From Mytilus californianus (taxonomy: Eukaryota), in assembly GCF_021869535.1 (NCBI RefSeq), contig NW_026262745.1:33480001-33544000 (forward strand): DNA of 64,000 bases. The letters are read 5' to 3'. Under the pieces are notes generated by a model. It worked only from the letters and a program-made list of their open reading frames with translations. It was not told where the DNA came from and did no database searches. Positions 14,301 to 26,427 of this stretch are shown here, piece after piece; position 1 is the first letter of the stretch; each line of letters opens with the position of its first letter. Both the position numbers and the translations under genes were made by a program.

Positions 14301-17300
14301 AGTGATAGTTACTTCATATCCAAGCGCTGCTAGAATGTTGCTACATATAAATGGAACACTCACAATTGAGAAGCTGAACTTATCTCCTTTGTCGTAAATT
14401 TTGTTCTCTACCGACCCTCGTTGTCAATTTCTAGATGAAAACTGAATATATCAGTTTCCCTTTGTTTCGTCACACACATTAAAAATTCTTCCTAAATAGA
14501 GGCTCGTAACTCAAAAATATCGCAAGTAAGATTACAAAATATACAAGGAAGAACAAATGAAATAGACACTGATACAGTTTTACTGTCACTACACAATTTG
14601 GTTGACCGATCGATATGTCTGTTTCTAATTTTCATTCTATTTTCACATTTCTCGACCGGTGTGAGAAAAATATTTCTCATCTCTAGAGAAAACGTTGTTC
14701 TTGGCAAATGATTGTTGGTCGAAATCTAATTATCGCGTCAAATTTTCTTGATTTCTTCTGAATTTCCTATTGTGACGTCAGGAAAAAGGCGATAATGCCT
14801 GATGACGTCACATATAAAGAACACAACTTTCTGCAAATCTTTGAAGAAAAAAGGATAAATTGTTTAGATATTCTCTGAAAATCATAAAACAGATTCCACC
14901 ACTATATCTCGTGTATTACGATATTTCTCAACTTTAAACACTTAAATTTAAATATTCAAAAAGCTCGGCAAGCCTCGCGTTTTAAAATCTAAAATTTCAC
15001 GGTCTCGAGTGGAGAAATATCGTAACACACTTGATGCAGAGGTGCAATCTATATGTTTCTACTCACGATAGATATATTTTCGCAGACTAAGACACCAGAA
15101 TGGTCGACTGTTGCAAAACATTCCATCGGGCTGACGGAGGTCAAGCATCATGAAACGGTCAACTCCTTATTTTCCTGGTATTTGAAGTATTGGATTGTAT
15201 AAACAAATTCATTAAAGATACCAGGCTTATAATTTGGTACGCCAGATGTGCGTTTCGTCTACAGTAGACTCTTCAATGGTGCTCGAATCAAAACAATACA
15301 CCTTATCGCTATTCCCGCTTGACCCGATAATCTGTCCCGCTTGAACTTTTGACGTCATACAACAATCACTTTTCCATTGTGGCGTCAGATATTTTCTATT
15401 ATGACGTCAAAATTTTACGGGAACTTTTGTGATGTCCAGTAATGGCGAACAAATAGCGATAAAGTGTATTAAAATGACAAATCAAATACGAAATTAAGGG
15501 CATTAAAAATGAAACATCTGAATATGTGACACGAATACGACTTGGAAAATCTAGGCCTGTGGGTAGAACAACTTTAGTGTTCCGAATAATTAAACATTTT
15601 ATAAACAGTCAATTTACAGAAAAAGATATTAAAGATATTAAAAGATATTACTGGGTTTGTGATACCCTCGGAGACGAAACGTTCACCGGCAGTGCTATCG
15701 ACCCAATGGTTGTAAAAACTCGTCAAAGATACCCTATAATGGGATTGTCTTGGGAACATTTCAAATTTTGGCAAAGGAAGGTTCTTCAATTTCATTTTCA
15801 GTTTTATATTTCGTGTCATATACTTCCGAGGTATTTTTTTTTTTACTTGGTCGAACTCTTAAATGCGCTCTTTTATGTTCTAAAGTAATCATATTCACAC
15901 ATATGTATAGGCAATCTACAATATAAAGAAACGGCATAATATTGAGTTAACCTGCCTTTGGATTTAGCGAAGCGCTAATTTCTTTTTTATTTTGTAGGTT
16001 TACAACCAAACCGCATGCCTGTCCCTGTTGTGTTAGTAACATACTCACGAAGTGGATCGTGTTTTGTTGGCAATATTTTAAAGCTTGATGATAGTGTTTT
16101 TTATGTTTTCGAACCCCTTCATTTCTTGAAATTCGGACACAGAGTACTTCACTTTTCCGACGGCAGTATGAGGTAACAATTTTCAAATAGGGATATTTGG
16201 TAGTGGATAGTTTCATAAAATATGTCTTTTACAAAAAATAGTGCAAAATATATCAAAATTATTCAGGTTAATGTTGAGAGGGAAAAAGGCGTCTCTGGAT
16301 TTTTCGTGTGAAAATCTATTGGAAGAAATTAATGATATGTAACAGTATATGAAATAAAAAGAATGTCGAAATAAAAATTATTTACCAGAATAGTATTTTG
16401 ACAAATGATGGAAGTTTGACAAAATAAAATATCGAGAATTACAGTTATTACTGGGCAACGTTTTAATGAGTTTCAACAAACTATTAAGGGAAAATGACAG
16501 TCGAACATGCTTTAATATAGCTATAATTTAGTGATTCGTTTTATTTAAAGATGAACATGATAATATAAAACATATGAGTAACCTCTCAATATGATTAGGA
16601 AACATTCAAACTAACCTGGATTTTGTTATACATTGTATAATAAACTCATCATAGATACCAGGATAAAAAAAATGTACTTCAGACGCGCGTTTCGTCTACA
16701 AAAGACTCATCAGTGACGCTCGAATAAAAAAAAGTTTAAAAGGCCAAATATAGTACGCAGTTGAAAAGCATTGAGGACCCAAAAATCAGAAAGGTTCTGT
16801 CACTGAATACAGCTAAGGTAATCTATTCCTGTGATAGAAAATCCTTAGTATTTCGAAAAATTTAGTTTTATGATCAGTTAATTTATAATTATGACCATAT
16901 CAATGATAATTCATTTCAAGACAGAAGTGCTGACTACTGGGGTGGTGATACCCTCGGGGAGAATCCTCCACATAATACTATTCTATCATCTGACATAATA
17001 ATCTAAATTATCTGTTTGTGATTAATGCAAAAGACAGATAACTGTGATTTTTAAACAATTTGTTCAAATCTATCATGGAAATGAAAAACATTTTTAAAAA
17101 GGCCCTTTATAGCTTACTGTTCGGTGTGAGCCAAGGCTCCGTGTTGAAGACCGTACTTTGACCTATAATGGTTTACTTTTATAAATTTTGACTTGGATGG
17201 AGAGTTGTCTCATTGGCACTTATACCACATCTTCTTATATCTATTCAATATATTTTAGGACTTTAAATACATATTTAACAGTTGCGGAACATATTTTGAG

Positions 17301-18114
17301 AGCTTGGTTTACCTGCCAATTAAATGAAATTCCCTTAGAGTACTGGGATGAAGAAATCTTTCAGAGCACAAAGATACAGGGGAAGCACATATTTTATTTC
17401 AAGGAACGTTATAAAAGAGAAATTTATGGGAAATATCGTTATCCAAGTAGATTTAGAGCAACTCTGCAGTTATTAGAAGACATGTGCATAAAATCAAAAC
17501 TCGTTATTATAAAAACAATTCGTACACCAATATTTATGTTAAACAAAGCTCTATCTGAATTGGACAACTTAAAAATGATATACTTATACAGAGATCCTAG
17601 AGGTATTATCCGATCACAAAGACGAAATCTTTATATTTCAAAGGAGAATACATTTGAATCTTTAAATGACCATGCAGAAAATTTATGTGCACGTATTTTT
17701 AATGACGCCATTACATTTGCCATATTTTTGCATTATTATCCAGAAAAGCTGTTACCTTTGAAATATGAAACTTTTACAATGAACCTGATGAGAGAAACTA
17801 AACATTTATATAATTATCTAAACTTGACATTAACTGCGAGACATGTAGATACCTTAATAAAGATGACAACTACAAAGGAAAGAGCAAAGAACTACATACC
17901 TAAAAATAACTCGAAAGAATTGGTAGATCGGTGGAGGACACTAGTTGATATGTCATTTGTAGACACTGTGGACATGTCGTGTAGTCATGTATATTCCAGA
18001 CTTGGATATCTACAAATTTCTGATGTAACCATGTTGAAAAATATCTCGATCCCGCTTTATCTGAATAATGGTACGAACAAACAATTTCACTTTGGACAAG
18101 AAATTCCAGTTTAA
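11355..18114 (+). CDS. Carbohydrate (Gal/GlcNAc 6-O) sulfotransferase, CHST1/3/5-like: join(11355..11448,11582..11611,15998..16172,17259..18114), 384 aa
   Basis: Exon 1 is a short basic tail plus TM anchor (MIRLKHKRVIKVVTTVIALFVGVYLIYKIKY, G|gtaagt). A 30-nt phase 1-1 microexon follows (ttttcag|...gaag|gtgagt). Exon 3 has the 5'-PSB motif TYSRSGSCFVG and YVFEPL (tttgtag| ... ag|gtaac). Exon 4 (tattttag|) has the 3'-PB motif YLYRDPRGIIRS and KYE. Phases 1/1/2 are all consistent. The microexon is the least certain part. Confidence 0.88.
11700..12125 (+). mobile_element. SINE-like element
   Basis: GC-richer block ending in a (caat)n-type tail (caacaatcaaacaatcaa), resembling bivalve SINE bodies. 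Recognition only. Confidence 0.5.
13790..14470 (-). mobile_element. Retroelement end/tail fragment
   Basis: Shares blocks with about 7970-8190, 9595-9755 and 18320-18500 (aacaacatgaaccccaccaaaaacc-type; gacaattggaacatatccg..catctgtga). Confidence 0.5.
15295..15470. mobile_element. MITE with 19-bp terminal inverted repeats, nested in another repeat
   Basis: aatacaccttatcgctatt ... aatagcgataaagtgtatt (1 mismatch). The host repeat resumes on the other side. Confidence 0.75.
16640..16965. mobile_element. High-copy interspersed repeat (aactcatcatagataccagg...cgtttcgtctacaaaagactcatcagtgacgctcg...)
   Basis: Related copies at about 3880-4110, 12580-13070, 13520-13765 and 15215-15720. Class not determined. 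Confidence 0.65.
17100..17240 (-). mobile_element. High-copy short repeat immediately upstream of the last sulfotransferase acceptor
   Basis: Reverse complement of the aagatgtggtatga..gccaatgagacaactctccatcc family, also at about 19843-19950 and 21255-21430. Confidence 0.75.
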
Positions 18115-20429
18115 TTAATTATGAGCGACTGTCATAGGACACATAATTTAGCTTGTTATGTATCCACCTAACATGCGGCTATATTTTTTCATTTAACCCT
18201 GATCTCAAAAGTTGTACCCTGTAAAGTCAAATTAAGATTAAAGTTCACAGCTGAAGGATCCCGACTTTTGCAAATTTAGGAGGGGGAATAAAACGACACA
18301 TAAGTCACCATCATGACCAACAAGAAAAACAAATTACAGTTTACGGTTTACATGACAATATACAAAAACATTAAAGCTGAGCATATCGGATTCACATAAA
18401 ACCGGGGAGACATGTGATCCGGAAGGGTAAGCATTTCCTGTTCAACTAGTGGCACATGTTACGATTCAAACAAAGTTCCGGTGATATGTCGCATTCAGTG
18501 ATGTCTTAAATGAAGAAATTATTCGAAGAAAAGAAAAGGTTTGGCTCCTCATTCAAAATAATGAAATAGTATATAAAACCATAAAAACTATCAACAACAG
18601 GCTAGATATGCTTGAACAAAATCAATTCAGAATGTCAAGGTATTCGAAACCAGCAAGCATCAAAAGATGAAAAGCAATAAAATCAACGTAATACCAAAAT
18701 TTAAGCTTAATAAAAACAGCTAAAGCGATGCATCGGGAGGATGATATTTGAATTTGATGGAAGTAAGTTTTCAATCTGAATGAAATACAGATCCTGTGTC
18801 TACGCTTCCATCGATATGACAACAATCTATTCTACTTTCTGTTCTGGCAGTTATTACATCAGCCAATGAAATGTCAGCCTTCATTTTTTTAAAGGTGTGC
18901 ATCATTTCGATAAAAACAAAGGATCCCGAAAGGTCTTCAAATAACCATTGACAAATCCTTGCAATTGTAATTTAAGCGTGGACACAGGATATGTATTTCA
19001 ACCAGATTAGTTCGAGATCTGCTTTCTCAAGTTTCAAACATGCACTTGTTTGGCTACACGAACTATATCATTAATCAATATGTATTTGCACATTAAATAT
19101 TTACTTACTTAAGATAAAATCCTCTAGAAGTTCTATTTAGAATTAAATTGAATTCTTCTGAAGGATGTTTTATGCAGACATACCAAAAAAGATTGTATGG
19201 GTTTCTGAAGACTAAAAAAGTATATCACAATACACGATAACACTGGAAGTGAATCACTTAGTTTTCATATTGTATCAGTAGTCAAAATAAACGATTCTGA
19301 ATTTTTTAACTGAAAATTGCATAATGATGATTGGCTAATGTTAACCCTTGAAAAGATCTTATAAAAATGTTTTAAAAATAGTACTCATCTCAAAATTCGA
19401 TGGGATCTGTGAACGAACTTATCAAATACATCTCCAACCTCCTTTCTTTTCTTCCAAATTGCAAAAAAATATGTGTAAAACAATGTTCCAGATAAAATGA
19501 AATAAACAATTATTGAATTTCTATTATTGGATTTCAATTGTTAAATTCGCGGTCTTTATAGCGCCTGGGTAATAAAACTTCCCACATAGAGACAGTGATG
19601 TAAAATTAAACGTATAATGTGATAATTGAATTACACCTATAGCAGGTGGGGATTTCAAAACGTATTTGCAGTGCTTGTAAATACAAAACACAGCTGTCTC
19701 ATGTCTAAATTTATTTCGGCTTTTTGCTACTTGTTTTATATTTTTGTTAACAGCTTACTATGTGCATGTTTTGCTATAGGCTTTGACTACTGCTTTCTGG
19801 TTATACTGTGACTTTCTATGATTTGAACACAATAGATATAAGAAGATGTGGTATGAGTGCTAATGAGACAACTCTCCATCCAAGTCACAAGTTGTAAAAG
19901 TAAACCATTATAGGTCAAAGTACGGCCTTCAACACGGAGCCTTGGCTCACAATTTGTTCTTCTTAATTTAATTGATATGCTGAAATCACGTTTACAAAAT
20001 GTAACTGGCTCCATATACTGTTTTATTTTAAGCTTGACTGTGTGTGCTTATATGCCATTTTGATGTGCTTTTGCTCATATACTAATTGATTTTATGCTTT
20101 AATGTGCTTTTGTTAGTTAAAATGTGCTTTGGTCCATAAACTCTTTTATTTGATGCTTTTGAGTGCTTATGTGACAATTTAACGTGCTTTGGTAATAATA
20201 CAAATTTATTTTATGCTTTTCTGTGCTTTTGTGGCGTTTAAATGTGCTGTGATCTTTAAATTGCTTAAAGTGATGCTTGTGTGTGCTTATGGTACAATAT
20301 AACGTGCTTTGTCCACTATACTAATTTATTTTCTGCATTATAGTCAGCTATAAAAGGTCATGACATTGAACAATTCAAACGAGAAAACTAACGACATAAC
20401 TTGTAACAATTCAGTTCACAATAAAAAAA

Positions 20430-20930
20430 AAAACAGAGTTCCAATGTTGCACATATTTTAACTGTCCAAGGGCAATACCTAAAAAAAATTTTTTTTTTGT
20501 TCTTTGAAATTTTTATAAATATCTTGAGAAAAGGAGGGTTGAGAGCAAACAAGGGGCACAACTCTTTTAAAAAATATTTGATCGGTACTGATATCCGAAA
20601 GTTGTCCATGCTAATATAAACCTTTGATATAAATTTGATATAAATCTGGCAAAAATTGTACTCGGAAAGCGCTTAAATTGCAATGTTCCATTTAATTAAT
20701 ATTTCAAGGGGCATAACTCTTTGAAAAATAATTGATCGGCACTGATTTTCCAACTTGTCCGCGACATTGCTGATATTATCCTATGATATCAGTTTCATAA
20801 ATTTCTGGCAAGAATTGTACACTTGAGAGCGCTAACAAGACCGGACGGACAGACGCACAGACGCACAGACGGACGGACGCCCGGTATTTCTATGTGTCCC
20901 GCACGCGTTTCGCGGGGGACAAAAAAAAAG
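20430..20930 (+). mobile_element. Helentron-associated (HINE-like) non-autonomous element
   Basis: Internal tandem units (gggcataactc...), a (gacg/gaca)n microsatellite and a 3' GC hairpin (tgtcccgc..gcgggggaca) followed by an A-run. A homologue lies at about 46760-47082. Confidence 0.65.
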
Positions 20931-21454
20931 ACAAATAATATAGACATGAACCAACGACAACCACTGAAATACAGGCTCCTGACTTGGGACAGGCTCATAA
21001 GATTGTGGCGGAGTTAAACATGTTTGTTAGCGCTTAACCCTCCCCTAAACCGGAGCAGTCAAATAAATAGATCATGTTCTCCCAGACAAACTATCAATAA
21101 GTACACATCCAACAGATTTAGCGTAGACGTCATAAACAGTCTGCGACAGTCATGACATTGTTCAATGCAAAAATATAAGTAAACAGCATCGACAGGATGT
21201 CGGTTCAGTAGTATTCACAACTGTACATATATATATATTCAAATAAAATAAGGAGTTGTGGTATGATTGCCAATGAGACAGCTATCCACCAAAGTTCAAA
21301 TGAAGTGGATGTAAGCAATTATAAGCAACCGTACGGCCTTCAACATTGAGAAAAACTCATACCGTACAGTCGGCTGTCGGCTATAAAATGTCCCGACATG
21401 AAAAATATGAAACAATTCAATTGAGAAAACTAACGGTATATATATTTAAAATTC

Positions 21455-21840
21455 AGAATTGAAACGGGGAATGCGTCAAAGAGACAACAACCCGACCAAA
21501 GAGCAGAAAACAGGCCAAGGCCACCAATGGGTCTTCAACACAGGAAGAAAATCCTGCACCCGGAGGTGGGCTTCAGCTGGCCCCTAAACAATAATGTATA
21601 CTAGTTCAGCGAAAATGGACGTCACACTAAACTCCGAAACATATAAATGAACAAAAAAAACCAACATACAAGACTAACAAAGGACAGAGGTTCCTGACTT
21701 GGGACAGGCGCAAAAATGCGGCGGGGTTAAACATGTTTTGTGAGATTTCAAACCTCCCCCTATACCTCTAGCCAATGTGGAATAAACAAACACACAACAA
21801 TACGCACAGTAAAATCCAGTTTAAACGAAGTCAGAGTCCG
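21455..21840. mobile_element. High-copy interspersed repeat (gaatggaaatggggaatgtgtcaaagagacaacaacccgacc family)
   Basis: A second copy lies at about 59218-59378. The cctgacttgggacagg segment also recurs at about 20945-21050. Confidence 0.7.
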
Positions 21841-22729
21841 ATGTTCGAATATGTAACAGAAGAAACATAGATATACAAACAACATAAGATGGTGCCAAGG
21901 GAACGTCACCATCTAAAAATGGATAATTAACAATACCCTAGGAAATGAAAAATCATCTCTTTTATCGTAAATTTTGGTATTATGTATTCTTCTGACGTTT
22001 CAATCTCGTTTCAATCTCGTTCTGGAATTATTTCAAAAACACGTGATACAAGTGGAAAATATCAATGAATTTAAAAACTATTATAATCAAACTTAACTCT
22101 GTGAAAAAATTGTGTATATACAATAAGTAGTTTTTGAGTAATAAAATTTTCAAATTTTATAACCAATCAAGTCAGTCTTTTCAGCCAAAATGTCGAGAAA
22201 ATAGGTGAGGGGTATAAGAAACATGTACATCCCATATCAATGTTTCCTTTTCAAATTTCTTAGATATGTACTTTTTTCAATCATTTATAACAAAGAAGTT
22301 GAAATAATATGCTTTTTGTTCTAAAAAAAAGAGAAAAATCCTAAATTGACAGCATAGGAAATTTGACACGAAAAAGCAATAAAATTGTATAAAACTTTTT
22401 TATATTTACACCTACCTATAGTTTTTTTGAGTTAAATTTATTCAGATTGGTCCACATCTTCTTTAGTGAAAGTATGAAAAAAAGTTTGTGAAACTGTGAT
22501 GTTTTTTATGATAATAGCCCAAAAATGGGTAAAAATTGATGAAAAATGAGAAAATCACAAAATTGAGTACTTTACATTTGTAAAATGGCCGTAGCAAAAA
22601 AAAAGAAGTGCACCACCTATGATTTTTTCTTCACCAATTACTTTTTTACAGTCATATAAACCCAAAATTCAGGTTGAGAAAAAAAGTTTAATTCTAGAAA
22701 TTTATGGCTCCTCAGAGGTGTACATCCTT

Positions 22730-23640
22730 AAGCTTCCCGTTAAAGATATAGATATCAAGATCCAGGAAAGAGCAGTGTTCATTGTTAGTATCAGCTTTAT
22801 TTAAAGTCAGTTCAGCAGGATAAATCTCTTTAGTGTACATACTGAAGTCGTCATTATTGAGAGCCAATATATCATCCAAATATCTTAAAGTGTTATTAAA
22901 TTTTTGTATCAGATGTTGTTTCGATCGGTAAAAATTCAGTTAATGCATATATCTTTGTGACTGAATAGAAATTTTTCTCCGTTAGGAACTAGCGGGGCGC
23001 CTTGACCGCCAAGTGCAACATCTTTATTACCAAAGTTACATACAAACGGATATTTCAAATGCACAGCAGTTGTCTCCCCATCTCCGAGCTGGAATGTATA
23101 TCCCAAAAGTGCAGTTATCGTATCAAAGCAGGGCCAATTGACATAGATCTATTGTTTGTTGTTACTAAAAAAAGACCCAAAAGAGTTTGAAGATATATAT
23201 TCGCATTCTGACTTTTTAAATGCCCATTGAATTAGGTATGTGAATTTTTTCTTAATGAGATTATGAGGCAAAGTGGTATATAGGTAGGAAAATCAAAACG
23301 TTGAACAAATTAGAAATCATCAATATGAGCATGCAACTTATCAAGTACTTCCAACGAATTTTTGACACTCCAAAAGTAATTAATTCCACTATTTTCAAAG
23401 GTCTTATTTGAACATTTTATTAGACCATTTTATTGTGAAACTGTTGAAGACTGAAAACATCTTGTTCAGTCCTAGATTGTTTCTGACTGCTGTCGCTCTA
23501 CATGCAGTAAATTAAAGTATGTTTATGTTTCCTGACAAGCTTGCATTGCAATTTAAATTTCGTAGTAATGCAAGCTGTCTCTATTTGCATGTCTGTTTAG
23601 TTATGCAGGATATTGTCTGTATTTTGTTGTAATAACCAGA
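22730..23640 (-). mobile_element. Degenerate Penelope-like reverse transcriptase fragment
   Basis: Minus strand reads ..NYFWSVKNSLEVLDKL..FDF/LYTTLPHNLIKKKF..CFDTITAL [anmK insert] ..SKQHLIQKFNNTLRYLDDILALNNDDF..EIYPAELTLNKA..FLDLDI. The YLDD catalytic motif is present, with stops and a frameshift. Confidence 0.85.
22940..23107 (-). pseudogene. Identical 168-bp copy of anmK exon 1 (25940..26107) inserted in a dead RT
   Basis: Base-by-base identity of 22940-23107 with 25940-26107, same orientation, offset exactly 3000 bp. It encodes the GYTFQLGDGETT...GGQGAPLVPNGEKFLFSHKDICI part. Confidence 0.95.
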
Positions 23641-24225
23641 TAAAGAGCTCACCATAACTGTTACTTACAAATCGAAATACATGTTTTCTTACTTATTTTC
23701 TAACACGACGAGTGTCAGTAGTGAAGCAGGAACTGTTATCCTTCCGGAGCACCTGAGTCACCAATGTTTTTGGTGGGATTCGTGTTGCTCAGTATTTAGC
23801 TTTCTATGTAATATTTGTTATTATTCAATATGTTTATCCTTTCGTCGTTTTACTTGTTGCCATGGTATTGTCTTTTTTATTTGACTATTTTTTCCGAATG
23901 ATCCCCTTGATATCTTCTCTCTTGTTTAATCGTTTATGAAAAGTACACAATTCCTGTATTTCAATAATGTTCTTCCAAGTAAACTATGCTTTAAACATTC
24001 TGCATTTTCAAACGTTTCGAATAGTTCAATGCTTTTATAATATATAACAATAAATTTTAAATATTTTTTACAGTCGTTTTGGCAAGTAAAACCAAGAGAG
24101 ATACCTTTGCTAGAATATGCTTTGTATATAAGAGTAAACAGTTTGAATGTCGGTTAATATCTTTGCAGTAGTTCGTATCAATAATCCGTCCTCGGTACCA
24201 GATGCCCCTTTTTTCCCAAACATTT

Positions 24226-26427
24226 TTAGCTTGAGCAAAGTGATGATGATGAATCTGTGCGTTGTTTGTTTTTCTCCATCAAAAATCGAATTATTCTCGT
24301 AACGGAACTACTTGAATGAACTGGACGGTGAATGCTACCGGATATTGAATCAAACCTACTTCCCGTAACAGATGCCATAATGTTTTCTTGATTCAACAAA
24401 CAACGAAGTCCGAGAAAAGCGAATATCAACGCTTCTTTAAACACAATTGTGTCACTGTCAGCGATCTCAATGTCAAACCCCTCATTCAGTAACTTAGATT
24501 TAAATAACTTAATCAAATGTGTATTAAAAGATCCACCTCCAGAAACCAGAATTTTAATTACGCTATTTTGCTTGGACACATTTCCCGCATTCAACATGTT
24601 TCGTCCATCCTTGCAGGCATCTGCCAACCTGTTTGCAACGTGTTCAGCAAATGCTCTTAATAGATCAGGAATTTGGTATTTACCAGTCTGGAAAATAAAA
24701 TTCAACCGTTATTATTTTCCGTCTAAAATATATGATGGGTTATTAACGCATAGTATAAACTAATTCTTATTGAGTAATTGATTCCCATTATGTAATTCCT
24801 TGTCAAATAAGCGGCCATTGCCAGGCACCAGGACCATTGTAGGTTATTGCATCACTTTGCGTTCGTCGTCCATTATTTTTGTCATCTTCATTAAAACTGC
24901 CGGTTCAAGTTTAAAATAATTTTAAACTTTATCATAATCATTTGTGACTTGTGGTGTTCAAAATTATATATTTTCCCTAAGTATATGCCAACTTATCAGC
25001 AAGGTCATTGCTGCTGTAAATAGAATATAGGGTGATAATTCGTTTAAGCCAATCTGATCATTTTTTTTCAGTGTTCTGTTTCTAATGTGGCATTCAGTTG
25101 TGGGATTTAGTTCTTCCGTAGTCATCTTTTAAAACTTTCTCAAAATGATCTAAAATGTCCAAGTAAATAATTCCCGTTATCTAAATAAAAAGAGCAGTTT
25201 TTGGTTACAATGATGTTAAATTAGGTGACTCAAATATACATTCATTAGACAAAACCTTACTGTTTATAGATACAACGTATACAACGTACAAATGTACTTC
25301 ATTCTTTTGACCACGTACACAGAAATAATATCTAATCCGTACACTTGAACTTAAAGGTTTGAAGTTGTTTACAAAATTAATTCAACCGGTATTAAAAAGG
25401 ACAAAAATACACCATTTAAAATATTCTACATATTCATTTTTGATACATTGCTACACACAAATTAGCAACAAACAGGATTTTCATGACATACTTTTGTAGT
25501 TTAGATTACAGTATAAATATTTTGAAACATTGATTTTTCAAGTTGAAAGTGTGATATATAAGGGCATTGGACTGTAGGTTAAAATAGGTCAATGTCATTG
25601 CACATGTTTTGGATGAATCAACAACAATAAATACAATAACTAGGAAAAAGTAATGAAAAGTAATTAGTTGAGCTTAAACTTACATCAAGTAATGGAAGCA
25701 CACTATTTTCAATCTTTTCCGATTCCATTGACTTTGGTGGGAGTTGTTTGTAGTAGTCTAGCCCTTCTAACTGACATAAGACATCGTCTATTACTTTCCC
25801 AGTCCGTGCTATGTCGCCTTCTGGGTCATACTCCAGTTTAGAGTCGTGTAGATTAGCCAGCATGTTTGAAACATAATTACATGGACATACATCATACCCT
25901 TGAAGTCCTCTAAGACCAATGTTAGCTATCCCACTCAAATTAATGCATATATCTTTGTGACTGAATAGAAATTTTTCTCCGTTAGGAACTAGCGGGGCGC
26001 CTTGACCGCCAAGTGCAACATCTTTATTACCAAAGTTACATACAAACGGATATTTCAAATGCACAGCAGTTGTCTCCCCATCTCCGAGCTGGAATGTATA
26101 TCCCAAATTTGGCTGATGGAAAACAGTATGCCCATGAGCCGCTACAAAATCCAAATTGCTAATTCCTTCAGTTTGAATGAATTCGTCAATCGTTTGTCCT
26201 ACAAAATGTCCATACTCCACGTGAAGCCGAATAAGCTGCTCCCCGCTAAGCTGGCATGCTGTTCGAAGTAAACCTTGCCATTCCGGGGTGTATGGAATAG
26301 TTGTGGCTTTCATTATTCTGTATCCCCATATGTCCGTTTGCACGTCACCTGTAAATTCGACGTGACATAAGTCCAAACCATCCAAAGAAGGTCCTGATGT
26401 ACAACCTATTCCGGAAAATGATGCCAT
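24226..26427 (-). CDS. anmK: Anhydro-N-acetylmuramic acid kinase-like (AnmK/levoglucosan kinase family): complement(join(24226..24687,25684..26427)), 401 aa
   Basis: AnmK motifs SG(P)SLDGLD, HGHTVFHQP, QLGDG, KDVALGGQGAPLVP, NL(S)GIANI, YDVCPCN, YDPEG, PPKS, VSGGGSFN and KEALIFAFLG. The phase-0 intron has donor GAT|gtaagt (25683) and acceptor ttttccag|ACT (24688), joining the two ORFs in frame. Confidence 0.92.

Noticed and set aside
15526-15888. 120-aa ORF, and similar ones at 46806-47150 and 54267-54650
   Set aside because: They lie within high-copy non-coding repeats or transposon interiors and show no protein motifs.
17188-17258. N-terminal extension MTWMESCLIGTYTTSSYIYSIYF of the 308-aa ORF
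   Set aside because: It derives from a high-copy repeat and intron end. The real exon starts at the acceptor at 17259.
25618-25683. C-terminal tail VSLSSTNYFSLLFPSYCIYCC of the 269-aa ORF and MNFIFQ start of the 159-aa ORF (24688-24705)
   Set aside because: Both are intron read-through. The two ORFs are exons of one anmK gene.
23002-26271. Plus-strand ORFs 23002-23190, 24449-24763 and 26002-26271
   Set aside because: Antisense shadows of anmK and of its duplicated fragment, with no independent coding signal.
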